From positions 1 to 32,707 of the forward strand of contig JAUYIO010000039.1 of the NCBI GenBank assembly GCA_030688225.1: a stretch of DNA of 32,707 nucleotides, given 5' to 3'. A program made the translations under genes and the position numbers. Below are positions 1-7,027 of the stretch, piece after piece (position 1 is the stretch's first letter; each line of letters starts with the position of its first letter). Below the pieces are notes generated by a model, which was given only the letters and a program-made list of their open reading frames with translations, was not told the origin of the DNA and ran no database searches. This DNA comes from Nanobdellota archaeon. GTDB taxonomy: Archaea > Nanobdellota > Nanobdellia > Pacearchaeales > GW2011-AR1.

Positions 1-183
1 AGAGATAATAAAAAACTTGTTCGCGACAAAGTTAAATTACCCTCAGAAAAAGGTGAATACAACATAAGATATTATCTTGAAAAGCAGATTCTTCCTGCTG
101 TTGAAAACATTTTTCATGTTTTTGGAGTAAATACTAAAGAACTTTTAGATGGAAAAAAACAAATGACTTTAGGGGAGTTTTAA
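1..183 (+). CDS. polB: Family B DNA polymerase, C-terminal fragment (5' part lies outside the window)
   Basis: Frame 1 is open from the window edge to TAA at 181-183. The translation ...GEYNIRYYLEKQILPAVENIFHVFGV... matches the conserved C-terminal 'YY(I/L)E.Q(V/I)LPAV' block of archaeal PolB. Confidence 0.75.
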   Translation, partial: RDNKKLVRDKVKLPSEKGEYNIRYYLEKQILPAVENIFHVFGVNTKELLDGKKQMTLGEF

Positions 184-184
184 G

Positions 185-376
185 ATGAAAAAGAAAAAAC
201 CAACAGGAAAAATAAAATACATCAAACCAGAAATGAGGTTTAATCCAGGAACTCAAAAATACGAACCAATTCTTGCAACAAAAAAAGGAAAACCAAAAAT
301 AAATATTGACTGGTTTTGGATAATGATTATTATTCTCCTCGCAATATGTATCTTAATTTGGAGAATTATGTTTTAA
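185..376 (+). CDS. Small Lys-rich protein with a C-terminal TM helix (63 aa), hypothetical
   Basis: The ATG lies 1 nt after the polB stop and is preceded by GGGGAG. There is a hydrophobic C-terminal segment, WFWIMIIILLAICILIW. I recognise no family. Confidence 0.45.
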   Translation: MKKKKPTGKIKYIKPEMRFNPGTQKYEPILATKKGKPKINIDWFWIMIIILLAICILIWRIMF

Positions 377-1011
377 TTATCTCTTCTTAAAATAAAAAAA
401 ATACCTCCACATCCAATTAAAAACAAAACAATACCGAAAAAATTTCCAGAGTTAGATAAACCAATAGTATTTCCTGTAACCCCTGAAAAAAGAAAAATTC
501 CTGAAAGAGCAACCAATCCAAAAATTGAAGTCAAAATTTTCTTCTCTAAACCTGATTCTTTTTTTAATTTTAATTTATTCTCATTTAAAACAACAAGTTC
601 ATTATGATTCCCTAACAAAGGAGACTCCAATCTAACTGCATCATAACCTTCTTCCCTTAGATAATCCGTAAATGCTTTTTGAAATTCTTTAGTAACAGGT
701 TTATAACTTGAACCTTTTCCTTTCCTAAAAATTTTAAATTCATTCATATAAGCTTCATTTCCATCCAAAATCTTTGCATCATCATCAAGAGATGCCTCAA
801 TAATCTCCCCTCTCTTCCCATATTTCTTCTCTGCTGCATCAATTAAAGGTTTGTAATCTTCAAGATCTTTTAAATTTTCAAAAAAATATGTTCCAAAAAG
901 AGATGCTCCCTTGGCCCCTATTCCTTTATCAATATTTCTACTACCTTGAAATCCTTGAGATTTTATCTTATCTGGATTAAGAGTAAAATGATATAAAACT
1001 TTATTCCCCAT
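373..1011 (-). CDS. Membrane-anchored protein with a putative H-Y-E (PARP/DarT-like) ADP-ribosyltransferase-fold N-domain and a C-terminal 2-TM hairpin
   Basis: The ORF is 373..1023, but the track start is TTG. I prefer the ATG at 1011 because a TTAATAAA box sits 22 nt upstream. Motifs are LYHFT, GTYFF and NHNELVVL. The C-terminal TMs are SIFGLVALSGIFLF and FFGIVLFLIGCGGIFFIL. Confidence 0.6.
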   Translation of the reverse strand: MGNKVLYHFTLNPDKIKSQGFQGSRNIDKGIGAKGASLFGTYFFENLKDLEDYKPLIDAAEKKYGKRGEIIEASLDDDAKILDGNEAYMNEFKIFRKGKGSSYKPVTKEFQKAFTDYLREEGYDAVRLESPLLGNHNELVVLNENKLKLKKESGLEKKILTSIFGLVALSGIFLFSGVTGNTIGLSNSGNFFGIVLFLIGCGGIFFILRRDN

Positions 1012-1060
1012 TAAAACGTCCAAAGAAAGGATATTTATTAAATTTTTCTTTTAAAATAAT

Positions 1061-1279
1061 TTATTTCTTTCTAAAATAAAAAAACGCACCGACTATTCCT
1101 AAACAAAATAAAATCCCTCCTGTCCATGTTGAAGCTGTTGAGTTAGTAAAATTCCCAATAACACGTCCTGTAAATGCAGGTGACAAAAATATTATTCCTC
1201 CAAGAATTCCAATAACACTCATTGCTCCCCAAGCTTTTCTTAAACCATTAGCGTGTTCTTCTTTTTTCCTTTTAACCAT
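1061..1279 (-). CDS. Small 2-TM membrane protein (72 aa), paralogous to the C-terminal anchor of the downstream 212-aa protein
   Basis: The ATG at 1279 has TTTATAAA (1301-1308) 21 nt upstream. The TM-TG..IG-TM pattern (FLSPAFTGRVIG...GGILFCLGIVGAFFYFRKK) resembles FLFSGVTGNTIG...GIVLFLIGCGGIFFILRR of ORF 373-1011. Confidence 0.55.
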   Translation of the reverse strand: MVKRKKEEHANGLRKAWGAMSVIGILGGIIFLSPAFTGRVIGNFTNSTASTWTGGILFCLGIVGAFFYFRKK

Positions 1280-1339
1280 AAATTAATCAGGAAAGATATT
1301 TTTATAAAGATTTTTATAATATCTTTTCTCAGTAAAACA

Positions 1340-2230
1340 ATGGATAAACAAAAGATAATTCAGGCAGGGAGAATTGCAAAGCAAGTAAAAGAATATGCAA
1401 GAACAATTGTAAAAAAAGACACTCATTTATTAGATATTGCAGAAAAAATAGAATCCAAAATAATTGAACTCGGAGGAAAACCAGCATTTCCTGTAAATCT
1501 AAGCATAGATAATATCGCAGCCCATTACACTCCTTTTCCAGAGGACAAAACTCTTGCTCACGGACTTCTAAAAGTTGATTTTGGAGTTCACATAGACGGA
1601 TGGGTTGCAGACAATGCTTTCTCAATTGATTTGGAAAATTCAGAAGAAAATAAAAAATTAATAAGAGCATCTTCAGACGCTTTGAAAAACGCTATTGAAT
1701 TAATCAAAAAAAATAAATCAAAAACAACAACTTCTCAAATAGGGAAAATCATAGAAGAGACAATTGAATCACAAAAATTTTCCCCAATAATAAATCTTTC
1801 AGGACATTCAATGGAAGAATATGATTTGCATGCAGGAATTACAATTCCAAACATTGACGACAAAAAAGAAATTGAACTGAAAAAAGGAATTTATGCGATT
1901 GAACCTTTTGCAAGCACAGGTGTGGGGAAAGTTCACGATGGAAAACCCTCTGGAATTTACTCCCTTGTTAATGAAAAAACTCCAAGAAGTCAAACAGCGA
2001 GGGAAATTCTAGAATTTATTCAAGAAGAATATCAAACTCTCCCATTCTGCTCAAGATGGATTGTAAAAAAATTCAATTCAAGAGGACTAATTGGATTGAG
2101 ACAACTTGAAGAAAACGGAAACTTGCATAATTATCCAGAACTTGTTGAATCATCAGATGCAAAAGTTTCCCAGGCTGAAAACACAATATTAATAGACGAT
2201 AAAAATGAGGTTATTGTTACGACGGATTAA
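1340..2230 (+). CDS. map: Methionine aminopeptidase, type 2 (archaeal)
   Basis: The product MDKQKIIQAGRIAKQV...AAHYTP...VDFGVHIDGW.AD.AF...LSGH....LHAG..IPN...AIEPFAS.G.G shows the typical MetAP2 pita-bread motifs and is 296 aa long. The internal ATG at 1340 was chosen because TTTATAAT lies 19 nt upstream. The track's 1253 start adds an implausible poly-Phe leader. Confidence 0.9.
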   Translation: MDKQKIIQAGRIAKQVKEYARTIVKKDTHLLDIAEKIESKIIELGGKPAFPVNLSIDNIAAHYTPFPEDKTLAHGLLKVDFGVHIDGWVADNAFSIDLENSEENKKLIRASSDALKNAIELIKKNKSKTTTSQIGKIIEETIESQKFSPIINLSGHSMEEYDLHAGITIPNIDDKKEIELKKGIYAIEPFASTGVGKVHDGKPSGIYSLVNEKTPRSQTAREILEFIQEEYQTLPFCSRWIVKKFNSRGLIGLRQLEENGNLHNYPELVESSDAKVSQAENTILIDDKNEVIVTTD

Positions 2231-2391
2231 AATTGCTTCGTGCTAACGCACTCAGTTATAAAAATATGTTAATGTGTAAAATCCAAGATAAATGACTAAA
2301 TTCAATTTCTTCAATAAAAATTCTGTATCAATATGCGAACTTTAGTGAGTGCTATTATCAGCGAGCCTTTAGACGAGCGTCTCTCTCAAAG

Positions 2392-2616
2392 TTATCTCTC
2401 AGAATTATACTTCCCAATAATTCTCTGCAAATATTCTTTAGCAAAAGGATTTGTTAATTCAGGTAAGAGATTAGAAGCTATTCCAAGATAAAAAGGCCTT
2501 ATATGTTCCCATTCACCATTAATTTCCATTCCACACGGATTTTCTATATGTTTCCCTAAAAAAATAACAAGTTCTATATCTGTTGCTTCTGGTTTAAAGA
2601 TTTTTTCTTTAGGCAT
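2392..2616 (-). CDS. Hypothetical 74-aa protein (last gene of the five-gene operon)
   Basis: The ATG lies 2 nt after the upstream stop, with an AGGTGA SD 7 nt upstream. I recognise no motif. Confidence 0.55.
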   Translation of the reverse strand: MPKEKIFKPEATDIELVIFLGKHIENPCGMEINGEWEHIRPFYLGIASNLLPELTNPFAKEYLQRIIGKYNSER

Positions 2617-2618
2617 TT

Positions 2619-2816
2619 TTATTCACCTTCTGAACGATATTTTATTTTGCAATCTCCACAATACCCAGGACTTATTTTTTCAATATACTCGCTTACAAGA
2701 GCATGATATATTTCTGAATCAGTTTTTTTATGAAACCAAACAACAGGCTTTTCGCTAATTTTAATAGCTCCACAATCAGAGCACATTACCAATAGTTTTG
2801 ATTCTTTTGATTTCAT
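2619..2816 (-). CDS. Zn-ribbon protein (65 aa)
   Basis: There are two CxxC pairs (CSDC ... CGDC). The start overlaps the REC stop by 4 nt, with a GAGGAG SD upstream. Confidence 0.6.
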   Translation of the reverse strand: MKSKESKLLVMCSDCGAIKISEKPVVWFHKKTDSEIYHALVSEYIEKISPGYCGDCKIKYRSEGE

Positions 2817-3208
2817 TTTCCATCTCCTCTATTCAAAGCCCTCCCAACAATTTCTGAAAGTGTTGAAAATCTATAAGGTTTTTTCAAATAAGCAAAAGCC
2901 CCATCTTTAACAGCCTGCTCTCCAATCTCATTATCTCCTGCATACACTAAAATCATCGGAGCATTTATTTTCCTAGCATATTCTCTGATTAAACTAGAAC
3001 CTTGATAACCAGGCATTTCATTATCAGTAAGAACCAATTTAATTTCTGTTTCTTTTCCAACTATTTTTTCTAATCTATTTTTTAATGAATTTCCATTTTC
3101 ACAAAATTCAATATTGTAATCAGAAAAATCCATCCCAATCATATCCCCAACTAATTCTCTAGTGTCTTTCTCATCATCTGCAATTAGGATTTTTTTATCG
3201 TTTGTCAT
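2813..3208 (-). CDS. Stand-alone response-regulator receiver (CheY-like REC) domain protein
   Basis: The sequence is KKILIADDEKD...KLVLTDNEMPG...PMILVYAGD...AFAYLKKPY. It has the acidic DD pair, the phospho-acceptor D in LTD and the K-P motif. There is no output domain. Confidence 0.85.
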   Translation of the reverse strand: MTNDKKILIADDEKDTRELVGDMIGMDFSDYNIEFCENGNSLKNRLEKIVGKETEIKLVLTDNEMPGYQGSSLIREYARKINAPMILVYAGDNEIGEQAVKDGAFAYLKKPYRFSTLSEIVGRALNRGDGK

Positions 3209-3348
3209 TTCCCTTCCTCCTTATCCACAAATCTTTTTATGGAATATTCAATAATATGAGATTTGTTTCTGAACAATCCTTCACCAATTATCTTTTCTAT
3301 TTTAGCAATAAGTTCCCTGTCAATTGAAATGCTCATTTTTGTTTTCAT
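3205..3348 (-). CDS. Ribbon-helix-helix (CopG/Arc/MetJ-type) protein, 47 aa, absent from the ORF track
   Basis: Hand translation of the minus strand gives MKTKMSISIDRELIAKIEKIIGEGLFRNKSHIIEYSIKRFVDKEEGK*. This shows the beta-strand (SISID), helix, G-loop, helix pattern of RHH proteins. ATGA overlaps occur with both the upstream stop (3345-3348) and the downstream REC start (3205-3208). Confidence 0.7.
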   Translation of the reverse strand: MKTKMSISIDRELIAKIEKIIGEGLFRNKSHIIEYSIKRFVDKEEGK

Positions 3349-4100
3349 CTTCCCTTTCCCCTATAATTTTTTCTCATCTTTTTTTTATTTTCAAGACCAA
3401 ATTTTATATGAGAATCAATCTCAGCAAAATATCTCACCAAATTGTCCTTGTTAAGATATAATCCTCTTCTTGCTGAATCATCTCTATGTGAAAAAGGATC
3501 AACAGAAGAGGTTGAACCACAACTTAAATCCAACCATCTTGGATTACTAAAGTAATCTTCCCACGTAAATCCTTTAGCTTCTAAATCAGATAAAGCATCT
3601 TCGTCAGAACAGAGAGTTATAAATCCCTTGGAAGTTGTTAATCCATGACCTGCAGTATAAATCTTAGAATAATTTTCAGAGCCCAAAATTTTCCTGAATA
3701 CTTCATCAGAATTTAAACCGAAAATATCATCATTATAAAAAAAATTTATAATTCTTGGTTTTACAGAAAGATTTGCATCTTTCAAAACATTTTCCACAGT
3801 TTTTCTTGTTCTCTTTGAATTTCTTGCTGTTAATTTTGTGAAATACGGGGGATTAGAGATTTTGTTTGACAATATAAAAATTTCAAGAGTATCGTTTGGA
3901 CAATTATTATCTAAGAATTGAACAACTTCTTGAGTAAATTTTGTTGCGTCTAAGAATGTCAAAGAACTCGGCATAAGTAAAATGTGTTTTTCAGAATATT
4001 TTTTCTCATGTAGAGAGTAATGATTCACTGCGCCAGCCAAAATTCCAGCCACTGCTAAAGGCAAAACAATTCTCCCTATTTTCTTAATTAAATTTTTCAT
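3345..4100 (-). CDS. Signal-anchored (N-terminal TM) protein with a putative clan-CD (caspase/CHAT/legumain-like) His-Cys dyad
   Basis: The N-terminus is MKNLIKKIGRIVLPLAVAGILAGAV. KIYTAGHG lies 42 residues before RWLDLSCGSTS. The track start at 4106 is TTG, so the ATG at 4100 is preferred. Confidence 0.55.
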   Translation of the reverse strand: MKNLIKKIGRIVLPLAVAGILAGAVNHYSLHEKKYSEKHILLMPSSLTFLDATKFTQEVVQFLDNNCPNDTLEIFILSNKISNPPYFTKLTARNSKRTRKTVENVLKDANLSVKPRIINFFYNDDIFGLNSDEVFRKILGSENYSKIYTAGHGLTTSKGFITLCSDEDALSDLEAKGFTWEDYFSNPRWLDLSCGSTSSVDPFSHRDDSARRGLYLNKDNLVRYFAEIDSHIKFGLENKKKMRKNYRGKGR

Positions 4101-4207
4101 CTTCAAGTATTATTTTTTACTTGAAAGTAGTAAGAAATACTACTATATAAACCTTACTATTGTTGTAACTTTGAAATTAAGACACATAACCAAAACTACT
4201 TACAGAA

Positions 4208-6505
4208 TTACCCCAAATAACTATTTGCCGAAGGCAAAGCCGCTTTTGCAGACTTCAGAAAATTTTCCTCAATCTTTTTATAAACTTCAATAGTAGGTTT
4301 ATTTACACTTGGTTTTATCTTATTCAAAGCGTCTTCAAAATGTTTGAGTTTTATTTGTTTTGCATCAATAGACTCTCTCAAAGCAAGCATTGCAGCCTCT
4401 CTCGTCAAAGACTCTAAATCAGCCCCTGTATAACCTGCTGTTTTTTTCGCAATTTCCTTAAGATTAATATTTTTTGCAAGAGGCATTTTCTTTGTATGAA
4501 TTTTCAAGATATTTTCTCTTCCTTCTTGTTCCGGAGCATTCACAAGTAAAATTTTATCAAATCTTCCAGGTCTTAACAAAGCAGGATCCAACATATCTGG
4601 CCTGTTAGTAGCCCCAACAACCAACACATCACTCATATCTTCCAACCCATCCATTTCAGCAAGCATCTGATTCAAAACTCTCTCTGTAACTTTTGTTCCT
4701 GTTTCAACTCCTCTTTTACCTGCTAAAGCATCAACTTCGTCAAAGAAAACAATGCAAGGCGCAACCTGTCTTGCTCTCTCAAAAACTTTTCTCATTCCTT
4801 CTTCTGATTTTCCAACCCACATACTCAATAAAGAGGGTCCTTTAATTTGAATAAAATTTGCTTCAGATTCTTTTGCAACTGCTTTTGCTAAAAGTGTTTT
4901 TCCTGTTCCAGGTGGCCCATAAAGTAAAATTCCTTTTGAAGGCCTAATTCCCATTCTCTCAAAAATCTCAGGATGTTTCATCGGCCATTCAACAGCTTCT
5001 TTTAATTCTTGTTTGATATTATTCAATCCTCCAACATCTTCCCAATTTACATTAGGAGTTTCAACCAAAACTTCTCTCATCGCACTCGGACGAACAATTT
5101 TCAGAGCACTTGTAAAATCTTCTTGAGTAACAATCAACTTTTCCAAAATATCCTGAGGAATTTGCTCTTCTGCATCAAGCTTCATCTTCGGAAGAACTTT
5201 TCTCAAAACATTCATTGCAGCTTCCTTACTCAATGCTTCCAAATCAGCTCCCACAAAACCATGCGTAACAGAAGCTAATTCTTCAAGATTAACATCTTTC
5301 AAAGGCATCCCTCTCGTATGAATTTTCAAAATCTGTAATCTTCCAGATTTATCAGGAACACCAACTTCCAATTCTCTATCAAATCTCCCAGGACGTCTAA
5401 GCGCAGGATCAATAGCATTAACTCTATTTGTAGCTCCTATAACAATAACTTTCCCACGAGATTTCAAACCGTCCATCATTGTCAAAATCTGCGAGACAAC
5501 TCTTCTTTCAACTTCTCCTGAAACTTCTTCTCTCTTCGGTGCAATCGCATCCAATTCGTCAATAAAAATAATTGAAGGTGCAGTCTTTTCAGCCTCTTCA
5601 AATAAATCCCTAATTTTCTTTTCACTCTCTCCATAAAATTTTGACATTATTTCAGGCCCATTCAATAAAATAAAATTCGCTTCTGATTCATTTGCAACTG
5701 CTTTTGCTAAAAGTGTTTTTCCTGTTCCAGGAGGTCCATGCAATAAAACTCCTTTAGGAGGTTCAACACCAAGTTTTTCAAAAATCTCAGGATGCTTCAA
5801 AGGAATCTCAACCATCTCTCTAATTTTCTTGACTTCTTCATTCAAACCACCAATATCTTCATAAGTTATTTCAGGTATTTTCTCGTCAGAAACTTCAACA
5901 GCTTTTGGACTCAAAACAACATCTGTATTTTCTGTAATTAAAACAGGTTGATTAGGGTTAGCATTAACAACAACAAATCTTATCTGAGCAACACCTCCAC
6001 CTAAATTCCCAAATCCCATATTTCCTAAAGCTTCACCAAAAATATCTCCAAAGTCATCTCCAAATCCCATTTCTGAAAATAAATCTTTTCTTCTTTGAAC
6101 ACCACCAAGAACAACAATATCTCCTTTAACAACAGCTCTTCCCAAAAGTCCTCGTCTTAAACTTTCAGGATCTGCCTGAACCATTATCCCTTTTTGTGCA
6201 GGGGCAATCATTATTTTTTTTGCTTCTTTAATTTCTGCTTTTGAAATTGAAACCATATCCCCAATCCCTGTTCTCGCATTTCTTCTCAAAATACCGTCAA
6301 TTCTGATTATCCCTTCGCCAACATCTGCAGGATAAGCCCTGTCAGCAATTGCAACAGTCTCGTGATTTCCTTTAATCAAAATAATATCTCCTTTCTTAAT
6401 TTCCAATTCTCGCATTATCTCGGAATCCAATCTTGCAATCCCTTTATACGCATCATCTTGCAATGCTTCTGCAACACTTAACTTAATTTGTTTTTTTACC
6501 ATCAT
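4208..6505 (-). CDS. cdc48: Cdc48/VCP/VAT-type AAA+ ATPase (two AAA domains)
   Basis: The product is 765 aa. The N-domain reads ...GIARLD..M..L....GD.I.I.G. There are two [15 protein letters not shown] Walker A motifs, two DE(L/V)DA Walker B motifs and SRH regions. Confidence 0.95.
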   Translation of the reverse strand: MMVKKQIKLSVAEALQDDAYKGIARLDSEIMRELEIKKGDIILIKGNHETVAIADRAYPADVGEGIIRIDGILRRNARTGIGDMVSISKAEIKEAKKIMIAPAQKGIMVQADPESLRRGLLGRAVVKGDIVVLGGVQRRKDLFSEMGFGDDFGDIFGEALGNMGFGNLGGGVAQIRFVVVNANPNQPVLITENTDVVLSPKAVEVSDEKIPEITYEDIGGLNEEVKKIREMVEIPLKHPEIFEKLGVEPPKGVLLHGPPGTGKTLLAKAVANESEANFILLNGPEIMSKFYGESEKKIRDLFEEAEKTAPSIIFIDELDAIAPKREEVSGEVERRVVSQILTMMDGLKSRGKVIVIGATNRVNAIDPALRRPGRFDRELEVGVPDKSGRLQILKIHTRGMPLKDVNLEELASVTHGFVGADLEALSKEAAMNVLRKVLPKMKLDAEEQIPQDILEKLIVTQEDFTSALKIVRPSAMREVLVETPNVNWEDVGGLNNIKQELKEAVEWPMKHPEIFERMGIRPSKGILLYGPPGTGKTLLAKAVAKESEANFIQIKGPSLLSMWVGKSEEGMRKVFERARQVAPCIVFFDEVDALAGKRGVETGTKVTERVLNQMLAEMDGLEDMSDVLVVGATNRPDMLDPALLRPGRFDKILLVNAPEQEGRENILKIHTKKMPLAKNINLKEIAKKTAGYTGADLESLTREAAMLALRESIDAKQIKLKHFEDALNKIKPSVNKPTIEVYKKIEENFLKSAKAALPSANSYLG

Positions 6506-6990
6506 TCCTTTGTTTTTTTAATCACAAATGATTTATTATTTCTTGGATTTGCAGAGTCGTAAAATTGTTTGGAGTGAAAAACAGGCTTTCCGTTCTTAAC
6601 AAATTTTACTTCTTTGGCTTTCACAATCCTAGCATTTTTATCTTCATTTCCAAAATTTAAACTTAATCTTCCAAAATCTTCAAAGCATAATCTAACCATT
6701 TCGTCCATTATTTTTGTTTGCTCGTTCATAAATGAAACAATTTCTTTAGGTATGGAAACAGCATAACTATTTCCGACTAATCGCATCTTAACGTGGAATT
6801 CTTTCTTTTTTAAGTTTACGAATTTGTTATATTCTTGCTCGTCAACAGGATGAATTATTTTTTCATTGCATTTTTGGTTAGGACATACAAGAGCCCTGAA
6901 TAGAAATCCATTTTTTGCAAGCTGAGCTTTTTTCATTTGCGTATTGCAATTCTTACACAAAATTTTGTTGTCAAATATATCGTGTGTCAT
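6502..6990 (-). CDS. Zn-ribbon plus AbrB/SpoVT-like (swapped-hairpin) domain protein, translationally coupled to cdc48
   Basis: The N-terminus is CKNC...CPNQKC. The central VGNSYAVSIPKEIV is the typical AbrB/MazE strand-loop motif. The stop overlaps the cdc48 ATG by 4 nt. Confidence 0.65.
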   Translation of the reverse strand: MTHDIFDNKILCKNCNTQMKKAQLAKNGFLFRALVCPNQKCNEKIIHPVDEQEYNKFVNLKKKEFHVKMRLVGNSYAVSIPKEIVSFMNEQTKIMDEMVRLCFEDFGRLSLNFGNEDKNARIVKAKEVKFVKNGKPVFHSKQFYDSANPRNNKSFVIKKTKE

Positions 6991-7001
6991 TTTGAATATG
7001 A

Positions 7002-7027
7002 GCCAGCCTCATTTTATAGAGGATGGC
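7002..7027 (-). promoter_or_regulatory. TATA box (ATTTTATA, loop) flanked by the inverted repeat GCCAGCCTC/GAGGATGGC; promoter/operator of the 6990-4208 operon
   Basis: The TATA lies about 21 nt upstream of the ATG at 6990. The 9-bp arms pair with a single G.A mismatch. Confidence 0.45.

Noticed and set aside
1253-1339. 5' extensions of map (start 1253) and of aRF1 (start 22136) as given in the ORF track
   Set aside because: The extensions encode poly-Phe or hydrophobic leaders that these families lack. They also run through the TATA boxes. The internal ATGs at 1340 and 22088 sit at the canonical 19-21 nt from a TATA box.
3263-3454. Plus-strand 63-aa ORF across the junction of the 253-aa gene and the RHH gene
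   Set aside because: It overlaps two coupled minus-strand genes. Its translation is hydrophobic junk, and the minus-strand reading gives a clean RHH motif instead.
5009-5278. Many track ORFs lie antisense to, or out of frame within, well-supported genes. Examples are 1329-1670, 1808-1993, 5009-5278, 12236-12592, 13111-13773, 14290-14969, 16285-16781, 18321-18823, 19314-19763, 21073-21972, 23708-24490, 25649-25894, 26576-27135, 28190-28510, 28826-30206 and 32389-32604.
   Set aside because: They are embedded in strongly conserved genes on the other strand or frame. Their translations are low-complexity (Phe/Ser/Leu/Ile-rich), as expected from the antisense of AT-rich coding DNA. None has a plausible promoter or SD.
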